Positions 8,696 through 15,528 of a stretch of 15,641 nt of DNA are shown here, one piece after another (the first letter of the stretch is position 1; every line of letters begins with the position of its first letter). The stretch lies in contig JARRRI010000037.1 in assembly GCA_037380845.1 (NCBI GenBank), forward strand, positions 1 to 15,641, given 5' to 3'. The notes beneath the pieces were generated by a model. It did no database searches. It was not told the origin of the DNA and saw only the letters and a program-made list of their open reading frames with translations. The translations under genes and the position numbers were made by a program. Source of the DNA: Candidatus Sulfobium sp. GTDB taxonomy: Bacteria; Nitrospirota; Thermodesulfovibrionia; Thermodesulfovibrionales; UBA6898.

Positions 8696-8724
8696 ATTAT
8701 TCCAAAAAAGCGCCCTTCTGTCAA
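8696..8724 (-). promoter_or_regulatory. Putative sigma70 promoter of the 169-aa gene
   Basis: Minus strand TTGACA (8724-8719), 17-nt spacer ending TGG, AATAAT (8701-8696); ATG 9 nt downstream. Confidence 0.45.
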
Positions 8725-8776
8725 GATCAACGGGGATAAACCGAATGCGGGATACGGGTGAGAATACCTCAAGGTC

Positions 8777-10681
8777 TCACACCTCCCTTCCGTTGCTGGC
8801 ATTAAGAACACCGGGGGTGCAGTCATGTAGCTTCCTGTAAAGGCTGTTCTTCCCGAGAAGCTCCCTATGTGTCCCTCGCTCCACTATCTCTCCCTTATCC
8901 AGAACCAGTATCGTGTCGGCCATGTCTACCATTGAAAGCCGGTGGGCTACGATGAATGTGGTCCTGTCGGCGGCGAGTTTGTTTATCGAGTCCTTGACCA
9001 GCGCTTCCGTCCGAGGGTCCAGCGAAGAAGTCGGCTCGTCAAGTATAAGTATAGCCGGATTTCTCAGAAATGCCCGTGCGATCGAAATGCGCTGTCTCTG
9101 TCCTGCCGAAAGCCGGACCCCGCGTTCACCCACTTCAGACTCATATCCGTCGGGAAACGCCTCGATATCGTCAGCAATGTGTGCCAGCCTCGCGGCCCGG
9201 ACAACATCTTTTTTCGCGGCAAATGGGCTGCCGTGCTTTATGTTGTTCTCTATGGTGTCGTCAAACAGGAAGACCTCCTGGGACACGACGCCGACCTTCC
9301 CTCTGAGCCATCTCGGGGACATCTCCCGGATATCGCGACCGTCCAGATATATGGCCCCCTGCTGCGGAGCCTGGAACTTCAGAAGGAGGTTCACCAATGA
9401 GGTCTTGCCCGCCCCTGTGGGTCCCGCAAGGGCAATAATCTCGCCCGGTCCCGCCGAGAAGTTTGTGTTCCTGAGGACCGGCCTGCCCTCTTCATACCAG
9501 AAGGAGACGTTGTCGAATGTGATTTCACCCCTTATTTTCCCCGGGTCACCAACGTCCCGTATATCATCTTCTTCAGTAAATTCCGGAATGAGGCTGAAAA
9601 TCTCCTTAAGCCTCTCCATGGATGCAAAGGCCGGCTGGATCGACATGTGGAAAGTCAATATGCTGTTCAATGCGCCTGCAAGAAGAACTGCATAAGACGT
9701 GAAGGCAACGTAATCTCCGATGGTCAGCTGCCTTTGCAAAACCTCATTGATACCAACCCACATGATTACCAGATTGGCTGCAAACAGGGAACCGGCCGAA
9801 GCATAATTCGAAAAAAGAGAAAGAAACATCGCCTTTATCCTTTTATGGACAACAGCCCTCATACCGCTTGAGACCTTCTGCCCTTCCCGTTCTTCGGCGG
9901 TATTCGCCTTGATGGTCTCCACTCCGGACAAGATCTCCTGTAAGTCGCCTGAGACGCGGGCACTCGTTTCGCGTTCCTGGAAACTGACATCCCTGAGCCT
10001 TGAGCCGAAAAAATAGTTTATCATCAAATAGAGAGGTAAAGCGGCGGCCAGTATGAGCGACAGTTTGAAGCTGAGTGCGAAAACTATTACTATGCCGAAA
10101 AAGAAATAGAACGCCTTGGAAAAAACCTGGGCAATGCTTTCGGAAAACAACATCTGAAGGACGTATATATCGTCTGACACCCTCGACATCAGGTATCCCG
10201 TCCGCTGTCTCTTGAAAAAAGGCACGGGGAATCTCAGGAGATGATCGAACAGGGTTGTCTGGATATTGAAGGTAACCTCCTGCTGAAACCTCAGCGCCAG
10301 GTACTTCTGGATGATGCCGGTTATTCCGGCCGCTATACCGATTGTCAGTACGGCCAGGACCACAAAAGTCAATGCTTCGGGCGCGTGCCTGACAGGGTCC
10401 GATATATCAGAGAGGCCGAGAATCCGAAGAAAATGTCCGACCCCGTGGAGGTCCTTTTTCAGGACCACAAAATCTATCAGGACCTTGCCACTCAGCGGTA
10501 GCAGTGAACTGAAAGCGGTGGCAACAAGGGATAAAACAAGGACTGCGAGACCGGTCTTCCACAAAGGCCTCACAAATCTGCCGAAGAAAAGAACATCCCG
10601 GTATCCAAACTCACCACCCCGGCGTTCGGGCCTCTCCAGGATGTCCCTCAGATATGCCGTTGCTTTACGAAGTTGCGTCAC
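8777..10681 (-). CDS. ABC exporter with fused permease and ATPase (MsbA-like/peptide exporter type)
   Basis: N-terminal TM domain (TGYLMSRVSDD); Walker A GPTGAGKT, Q-loop VSQE, signature LSAGQRQR, Walker B ILILDE, H-loop VAHRLS. No N-terminal C39 peptidase domain is apparent. Confidence 0.92.
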   Translation of the reverse strand: MTQLRKATAYLRDILERPERRGGEFGYRDVLFFGRFVRPLWKTGLAVLVLSLVATAFSSLLPLSGKVLIDFVVLKKDLHGVGHFLRILGLSDISDPVRHAPEALTFVVLAVLTIGIAAGITGIIQKYLALRFQQEVTFNIQTTLFDHLLRFPVPFFKRQRTGYLMSRVSDDIYVLQMLFSESIAQVFSKAFYFFFGIVIVFALSFKLSLILAAALPLYLMINYFFGSRLRDVSFQERETSARVSGDLQEILSGVETIKANTAEEREGQKVSSGMRAVVHKRIKAMFLSLFSNYASAGSLFAANLVIMWVGINEVLQRQLTIGDYVAFTSYAVLLAGALNSILTFHMSIQPAFASMERLKEIFSLIPEFTEEDDIRDVGDPGKIRGEITFDNVSFWYEEGRPVLRNTNFSAGPGEIIALAGPTGAGKTSLVNLLLKFQAPQQGAIYLDGRDIREMSPRWLRGKVGVVSQEVFLFDDTIENNIKHGSPFAAKKDVVRAARLAHIADDIEAFPDGYESEVGERGVRLSAGQRQRISIARAFLRNPAILILDEPTSSLDPRTEALVKDSINKLAADRTTFIVAHRLSMVDMADTILVLDKGEIVERGTHRELLGKNSLYRKLHDCTPGVLNASNGREV

Positions 10682-10705
10682 CGGTTATTTTCCAAAATTC
10701 CTGTT

Positions 10706-10766
10706 AATAAGCATACAATTTTTGTACATCCGAAAGCGAGTGGATGGTCCGGCGAACCGAGCATAA
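10706..10766 (+). repeat. Direct repeat copy A (~60 bp)
   Basis: AATAAGCATACAATTTTTGTACATCCGAAAGCGAGT matches 14314-14349 at 34/36 positions; weaker similarity continues (GGATGGTCCGGCGAAC vs GGACGGTCCGGTGGAC). Confidence 0.9.
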
Positions 10767-10996
10767 TCGCAAACAAATCCTGCCACAGTATTTGCGCGGC
10801 AAGGCACATCAAAGGAAAATTTACGCCATCAATTAGGGCCCGGTAGGCAGAAAAATTCTGCCCCCCTTAATCACACAAGAGCTCCATAGCCAAAGTCGGC
10901 CAAGTCCAAAAAAGAAATGTTCTCAGTGAACGTATACCGCTTATCATCATTTTTTTGCGAACTAAGTTTTTGTCTTGGCAGAAGGGCGGGTATATT

Positions 10997-11025
10997 TTGA
11001 CTTTTTACGGCCGTTTGTCTATTCT
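10997..11025 (+). promoter_or_regulatory. Putative sigma70 promoter of the RRE-rSAM-precursor operon (leaderless)
   Basis: TTGACT (10997-11002), 17-nt spacer, TATTCT (11020-11025); GTG start at 11031 with no SD sequence. Confidence 0.6.
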
Positions 11026-11030
11026 AAATT

Positions 11031-11321
11031 GTGAAAATATCGGTGGATACAATTTTCAAAAAAAGCGAAAATGTTGTCTTTAGAAAAATACAGGATGAAT
11101 ACATCCTTGTGCCTATCGTCGCCTCTGCTGCTGATGTCGATTCGATCTTCAATCTCAATGAGACGGGTGCCGCAGTCTGGGAGAGAATTGACGGTGTGAA
11201 GAAACTGTCTGACATAATTGAAGATATCAAGGCGGAATATGAAGGCGAACGAAAGGAGATAGAAGATGACGTAATGGCGTTTGTCGGTAGAATGGTAGAA
11301 GAAAAGTTGATTGAAGCGTGA
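11031..11321 (+). CDS. PqqD-family RiPP recognition element (stand-alone RRE)
   Basis: 96 aa with pattern FRKIQDEYILVP...IFNLNETGAAVWERIDG...LSDIIEDIKAEYE...IEDDVMAFVGRMVEEKLI; TGATG-coupled to the radical SAM gene. Confidence 0.92.
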   Translation: MKISVDTIFKKSENVVFRKIQDEYILVPIVASAADVDSIFNLNETGAAVWERIDGVKKLSDIIEDIKAEYEGERKEIEDDVMAFVGRMVEEKLIEA

Positions 11322-12445
11322 TGAGCAACGTTTCTTACGCATATTTCAGCGCGAAAGTGCATTCCGGCACTTCAGATAAGCGCATCCCGCTCGACGCAAG
11401 CATCGACCTCACCTACCGGTGCAACAACAAGTGCGTCCACTGTTACTGCAATCTCCCCGAACGCGACGTCACGGCAAAAAGCAATGAGCTGAATACGGAA
11501 GAGGTAAAGAAGCTGTTTGACGGCCTCGCGTCGTTAGGCACTCTATGGCTCCTGATAACCGGGGGAGAGCCCCTCCTCAGGGAAGACTTCGAGGAGATTT
11601 ATATTTATGCAAAAAAGAAGGGGTTTCTCATCACTTTCTTTACGAACGGAACCCTCATCGAAGACAAGACCGTTCGGCTTCTGACGAAATATCCTCCTTT
11701 CGTGGTCGAGATTTCCCTTTATGGAGCTGCTGAGGATACGTATGAAAAAGTTAGCCGCGTAAAAAGGTCTTATCAACGGTGCATGGAAGGGATAAGAAGA
11801 ATCATTAACGCCGGCATAAGGCTTAGACTCAAGTCCATGGCTATGACAATCAACCGGCATGAGATTGATGCAATGGACAGGATGGCCCGGGAACTGGGGT
11901 GCCAGTTCCGGTTTGACCCCATAGTCAGTAAACGAATTGACAAGAATGCTTTGTCAGACCCTGCGAAATATCGAATCTCTCCCGAAGACGTCGTGCGCCT
12001 CGATAAGGCATATCCGAAGCGTATGGAGGGATGGAAGCGATTTTGCGATAAATTTGTTGGAGAACAGAACAGGGACAACAGACTCTACAAATGCGGCGCA
12101 GGTATCGGCGCCATTCACGTCGACCCTTACGGGGATGTAAGGGGCTGCATGACGATGAGGGGGGATGGTTTTTCAATAAGGGAGCACGACCTGGGGTGGA
12201 TTTGGAGGGAAGGCATACTTTCAGTAACCACCCGAAAGAAGGATTTCTTCCTTCCCTGCGATGACTGTCATCTCGCGAATCTCTGCGGGCAGTGCCCGGC
12301 ATGGTCAATCCTTGAAAGCGGGGACATGAGAAAAGAAGTTGCATATTTATGTGAAATTGCAAAAATAAGGAGCAGGAATTTTGAATTTATCAAACCAGAA
12401 CGAGGGGAGAAAAGATATGGGAAAGAAGAAATGGTCAAAGCCTGA
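11321..12445 (+). CDS. Radical SAM / SPASM-domain peptide maturase
   Basis: LTYRCNNKCVHCY (CxxxCxxC), ITGGEPLLR, FTNGT, ISLYG; C-terminal SPASM with 7 Cys (CGAG...DPYGDVRGC...CDDCHLANLCGQCPAWS...YLC). ATG 11321 overlaps the RRE stop; GTG 11318 is an alternative start. Confidence 0.93.
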   Translation: MSNVSYAYFSAKVHSGTSDKRIPLDASIDLTYRCNNKCVHCYCNLPERDVTAKSNELNTEEVKKLFDGLASLGTLWLLITGGEPLLREDFEEIYIYAKKKGFLITFFTNGTLIEDKTVRLLTKYPPFVVEISLYGAAEDTYEKVSRVKRSYQRCMEGIRRIINAGIRLRLKSMAMTINRHEIDAMDRMARELGCQFRFDPIVSKRIDKNALSDPAKYRISPEDVVRLDKAYPKRMEGWKRFCDKFVGEQNRDNRLYKCGAGIGAIHVDPYGDVRGCMTMRGDGFSIREHDLGWIWREGILSVTTRKKDFFLPCDDCHLANLCGQCPAWSILESGDMRKEVAYLCEIAKIRSRNFEFIKPERGEKRYGKEEMVKA

Positions 12446-12566
12446 GTGTCAGAAGATAAAACTGGTTGTGGAGGAAGCCGTAATAACCGGGTGCAAACAT
12501 GGCCACGATTCCGGCCCCGGAACAATTTGTGCAGGCGGAGCGCTATGCAGAACCGGTGCGAGCTAA
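12417..12566 (+). CDS. Putative RiPP precursor peptide (49 aa)
   Basis: MGKKKWSKPECQKIKLVVEEAVITGCKHGHDSGPGTICAGGALCRTGAS. SD-like GAGGGGAG upstream of ATG 12417; basic N-terminus with W-x-x-P motif; Gly/Cys-rich C-terminal half; overlaps the rSAM 3' end by 29 nt. Confidence 0.85.
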   Translation: MGKKKWSKPECQKIKLVVEEAVITGCKHGHDSGPGTICAGGALCRTGAS

Positions 12567-12644
12567 TCCCTCGCTGAGAAGAAAAATAACGAGAGGCACA
12601 GACTCTTTTTTTATCTCTGAGGGTAATGTGTAATGTTCCCTCGT

Positions 12645-12685
12645 TTCAGGCACCTTAAAATGCCTGAATTGTTGCCATAGGCAAC
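12645..12685. terminator. Tandem hairpins between convergent genes (possible terminator or stabiliser)
   Basis: TTCAGGCA-CCTTAAAA-TGCCTGAA (12645-12668) and GTTGCC-ATA-GGCAAC (12671-12685); no strong U-tract. Confidence 0.4.
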
Positions 12686-12705
12686 GAGTTATCAAACTAA
12701 CAACG

Positions 12706-13587
12706 TTAAGTCACTAAGCTTCTCACGTAGTTCACAACAGAAGAATCATTAACAAATTCAAGCTCATAGCATTCTTTTTCCTGGGCAACCAGTGTACAGA
12801 AGTCCAAAGAAAACTCCATCCCCTCCCTGTTCCAGAAGGTTGGGAAGCACCTAACCAAAAGCCTGTTGACAGCGTCGGTTTTAGAAATTGGAATCGCCCT
12901 GTTCTCCTTGCCGTGCCTGATGAAAAATATTTTCTCTATCGGGACCCCTATGTTTTTATGCATCTCTGCAGTCCCGTGCCATGGGGTACCGAATGCCGAG
13001 AGTTCATTGCTGAATTCTCGAATTATAACCCTTTCGTCCGTCAAAACGTCCGCTCCACCATCTTGCTGCCAGATTTCTGACATCGTTGACTTGCCCGCGC
13101 CTGATACGCCTGCAAAGAGATATCCTCTGCCGTTTAAAGAAATACAAGCGGAATGGAGAATTATTCCGATTTTGTTAATATTAATGTGGCCGGAGACAGC
13201 TAGATCGCCAAGGGGATATTCGAGGGGGGCGAGTATACCTTCGTCATTGGGTCTTGCATAAATTATGAAGTCAGTAAATTCCCTGTCGGCCTTTATCATC
13301 CTATAAGGCTTAACTTCTCTCAAAGCTGCTTGTAAAGAGATTAAGTAGCCAGGTTTATTATCATCTTTAAGTATTGTCCATAAACCGTCCGGACCGGATG
13401 TGAATATCTTTCTCGACGATTCCGAGGAAGGAAAAGGGGACGTTGTATTCAGCCGGAACTGAATGTCCGGCAATTCAAAGGTCCCGGCGGCAAATGACTC
13501 AAGAGCCGCATCCAAAAATATTTTATACTCCTCCGGATTGGATTCAAGGGAAATTTTCAATTCTCCGATACTAAAGAATCTCCTCAT
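12706..13587 (-). CDS. HPr-kinase-related P-loop NTPase/kinase of the type found in RRE-containing RiPP clusters
   Basis: ILHSACISLNGRGYLFAGVSGAGKSTMS (His plus Walker A), VLTDERVII acidic pair, AFGTPWHG. ATG 13587 is preferred over TTG 13623, which coincides with a -35-like box. Confidence 0.8.
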   Translation of the reverse strand: MRRFFSIGELKISLESNPEEYKIFLDAALESFAAGTFELPDIQFRLNTTSPFPSSESSRKIFTSGPDGLWTILKDDNKPGYLISLQAALREVKPYRMIKADREFTDFIIYARPNDEGILAPLEYPLGDLAVSGHININKIGIILHSACISLNGRGYLFAGVSGAGKSTMSEIWQQDGGADVLTDERVIIREFSNELSAFGTPWHGTAEMHKNIGVPIEKIFFIRHGKENRAIPISKTDAVNRLLVRCFPTFWNREGMEFSLDFCTLVAQEKECYELEFVNDSSVVNYVRSLVT

Positions 13588-13593
13588 TGTATT

Positions 13594-13647
13594 ACTATGC
13601 CAAAATATATACGTGATTTTCAAAGCCTGTTACTGAACTGATAAAAT
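13594..13647. promoter_or_regulatory. Putative back-to-back promoters for the kinase-like and peptidase genes
   Basis: Minus: TTGAAA (13623-13618)-N18-CATAGT (13599-13594), ATG 6 nt later. Plus: TTCAAA (13619-13624)-N17-TAAAAT (13642-13647). Both -10 boxes are preceded by TGn and the -35 boxes overlap. Confidence 0.45.
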
Positions 13648-13668
13648 AATTGGGAATAGGAACGAGGA

Positions 13669-14112
13669 TTGAAGAAGGTTAAAGAAGTTCACAAAAAACT
13701 ATTGGAGGAAGGATTTGATATTCGTATCAGTAGCCTTGGCTCGTCAATGTTTCCTCTGATTGCGACAGGTGACAAGATCACCATAAGCCCGGAGAAAAGC
13801 TTCGTCGTCGGAAACCTTATCGTATTCACGAGAGGTGAACAGATGGTGTGTCACAGGCTTGTAAAAGTTTTCGAGAAAGGGGGCATCAAATATTATCAAG
13901 CCCGGGGGGATTCATTTTTTTGCCTTGATGACCCGGTAACATCGGACCAAATACTGGGAAGGGTGACGAAGATCGAGAGAGAGAACGTCTCGGTCTTGAG
14001 AAGAATCCTGCTTTTTGTCCATCCAGTACTCAGGTTCAGCAAGATAAATGCATTTGTTATAGCAATCCTGATAAGACTCAAAGCATTCCTTCCATCGCCC
14101 CAATCCCATTAA
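13669..14112 (+). CDS. S24/S26-family (signal peptidase I-like) serine peptidase
   Basis: LGSSMFPLIATGD (catalytic Ser box), GNLIVF, MVCHRLV (His general base), ARGDS...DDPV...ILGRV; TTG start after GAGGA; hydrophobic/basic C-terminus and no N-terminal TM helix. Confidence 0.85.
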   Translation: MKKVKEVHKKLLEEGFDIRISSLGSSMFPLIATGDKITISPEKSFVVGNLIVFTRGEQMVCHRLVKVFEKGGIKYYQARGDSFFCLDDPVTSDQILGRVTKIERENVSVLRRILLFVHPVLRFSKINAFVIAILIRLKAFLPSPQSH

Positions 14113-14313
14113 TTCATGAACCGCCCGATGGAGACTCTGGGCCGGATTTACATTTTCGGTTAATAAAGCGCCTGTTTCGGATGGAGAGGCCACCGGTCTG
14201 AAATATGGCAATCCGTTGGAAAAAATCAGGATTTCTGAAACAATGACCATCGCAGGTCGTTGATTCCAAGGCTTCGAAAACAACCCGCTAAGTCTGTGAT
14301 CCTGGCTCCCATG

Positions 14314-14377
14314 AATAAGCATACAATTCTTGCACATCCGAAAGCGAGTCCGGGACGGTCCGGTGGACTAAAGATAA
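14314..14377 (+). repeat. Direct repeat copy B (~60 bp)
   Basis: AATAAGCATACAATTCTTGCACATCCGAAAGCGAGT..., partner of 10706-10766. Confidence 0.9.
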
Positions 14378-14461
14378 TGCACCGCCAGGGTTAAGACGTC
14401 GAGGGGCAAGCCGGTCTGCCGATACGGTCAATTATTTCGTTCTGGTCAGATCAGGCGGCAG

Positions 14462-15349
14462 CTATTTCACAGTTGTCTTGCTGCCTACCAGGACCGAACA
14501 TCCGGCATGGCCCAGTGTCCTTCTGGACACGCTTCCCAGCATTCCCCTGATCCCCCTCAGTCCCCTGCTGCCCACAGCGATCATGTCCGCTTCCCATTTT
14601 TCGGACTCCTCAAGTATCAATGTCGACGGATCTCCTTTTTCGATGATCCTGCCGACATTCGAAAATCGCCTTCTCAACCGAAGCTCCGCTTCCTGCACCA
14701 CTCTTTCTGCCGCTTCAGCCTCCACGGTCCTCATCCTGGCAACCGTCTCCTTCATTTTTTCATCCACTTCCAGTGCCAGCCTCTCGGGTATGTCGGAAAC
14801 CGCAGACCACTCGACGTTAATAATCTTTACCTGGGTGTCATCCCCCAGCGGCAAGGACGTCAGTAAATCGCCGGTCACCTCTGCAGAATCCGAGCCGTCC
14901 GCGGCAAAAAGGACCTTCAAGGCTCCTCCACCCCGCGCCGCTGGCTTGGTAACCAGTACCGGTTTTGATGAATTGATAACAACGGACCGCGTGGAACTTC
15001 CCAGAAGGAAGGCCTTGAGGCCCTTTATCCCCCTCGCCCCCATCACAATCAGGTCCATGCCCGCATTGGCCGCGATATCCATGATCGTCGAATCGGGATA
15101 GCCCTCCTCTTCCATCGTGACCACCCTGGCCTTCACGGGCTTGAGGATGCCGGCCGCCGTCCTCAGTATTCCCGGGGCCGCCCTCCTGATAAACTGTCTT
15201 ACCTGGGCACGATAGTCATCCTCGAAGGGTATTTCGGAAACGACATGAAGCACCACGATCTCGTCCTGCGCGGAAAAATCAAAGCGCGTAAGGAACCTTG
15301 CCGCGCCTTCGGAAAACTCGGAACCGTCGGTAGCCAGCAGAACTTTCAT
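14462..15349 (-). CDS. Universal stress protein with two tandem Usp domains
   Basis: MKVLLATDGSEFS...DLIVMGARG...LLGSSTRSVV...PVLV and KVLFAADGSDSA...DMIAVGSRG...MLGSVSRRTLGHAGCSVLV. Confidence 0.93.
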   Translation of the reverse strand: MKVLLATDGSEFSEGAARFLTRFDFSAQDEIVVLHVVSEIPFEDDYRAQVRQFIRRAAPGILRTAAGILKPVKARVVTMEEEGYPDSTIMDIAANAGMDLIVMGARGIKGLKAFLLGSSTRSVVINSSKPVLVTKPAARGGGALKVLFAADGSDSAEVTGDLLTSLPLGDDTQVKIINVEWSAVSDIPERLALEVDEKMKETVARMRTVEAEAAERVVQEAELRLRRRFSNVGRIIEKGDPSTLILEESEKWEADMIAVGSRGLRGIRGMLGSVSRRTLGHAGCSVLVGSKTTVK

Positions 15350-15366
15350 TTCAATCCCTCAGCCAA

Positions 15367-15395
15367 ATCCTATCACACTATTCAGGGAGGGGCAA
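15367..15395 (-). promoter_or_regulatory. Putative promoter of the Usp gene
   Basis: Minus strand TTGCCC (15395-15390)-N17-TAGGAT (15372-15367) with TGn extension; SD-like GAGGG before the ATG. Confidence 0.35.
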
Positions 15396-15446
15396 TGAAA
15401 AAGAGTACATTGACATATGAGGCTTCAGGATGACTTAAAACATAAC

Positions 15447-15475
15447 AAAAAAGGGCTGCATCTCTGCAAGCCCTT
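15447..15475 (-). terminator. Rho-independent terminator downstream of the tRNA 3' fragment
   Basis: Minus strand AAGGGCTTGCA-GAGA-TGCAGCCCTT followed by a T run. Confidence 0.75.
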
Positions 15476-15483
15476 GACTTCAT

Positions 15484-15528
15484 TGGTGGCGGGGAGAGGA
15501 TTTGAACCTCTGACCTTCGGGTTATGAG
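15484..15528 (-). pseudogene. 3' half of tRNA-fMet(CAT); probable att site of an integrative element
   Basis: Minus strand CTCATAACCCGAAGGTCAGAGGTTCAAATCCTCTCCCCGCCACCA gives the anticodon loop, 3' anticodon strand, T-arm, 3' acceptor strand and CCA. Upstream sequence (GTTTAAATCGCT) lacks the TCGGG 5' anticodon strand, the D-arm and the 5' acceptor strand. Confidence 0.88.

Noticed and set aside
8913..10766. Plus-strand ORFs opposite the ABC exporter
   Set aside because: Antisense shadows with Ser/Arg/Pro-rich composition and no domain signal.
10706..10790. c-di-GMP-I riboswitch or CRISPR repeat reading of the direct repeat (contains CCGAAAG)
   Set aside because: It lacks the GCAAAC...GAAA...GACGCAAAG layout, and only two copies occur 3.6 kb apart with no spacer array or cas genes.
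10846..10862. Hairpin GGCAGAA-AAA-TTCTGCC in the divergent ABC/RRE intergenic region
   Set aside because: Only a 7-bp stem, with no U-tract and no gene ending here; insufficient evidence for function.
11031..12445. PQQ biosynthesis (pqqD/pqqE)
   Set aside because: No pqqB or pqqC, and the peptide lacks the ExxxY motif of PqqA.
12417..12566. Lasso peptide interpretation of the precursor (WxxP leader, Thr two residues before Cys26)
   Set aside because: No asparagine-synthetase-like cyclase or transglutaminase-like B2 protease is in the window, and Asp31 would be core position 6 rather than 7-9. The adjacent enzyme is a radical SAM.
13912..14337. 141-aa minus-strand ORF starting inside repeat copy B
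   Set aside because: Overlaps the peptidase antisense by about 200 nt and shows no recognisable motif or SD.
14478..15433. Plus-strand ORFs opposite the Usp gene
   Set aside because: Antisense shadows of a clear two-domain Usp.
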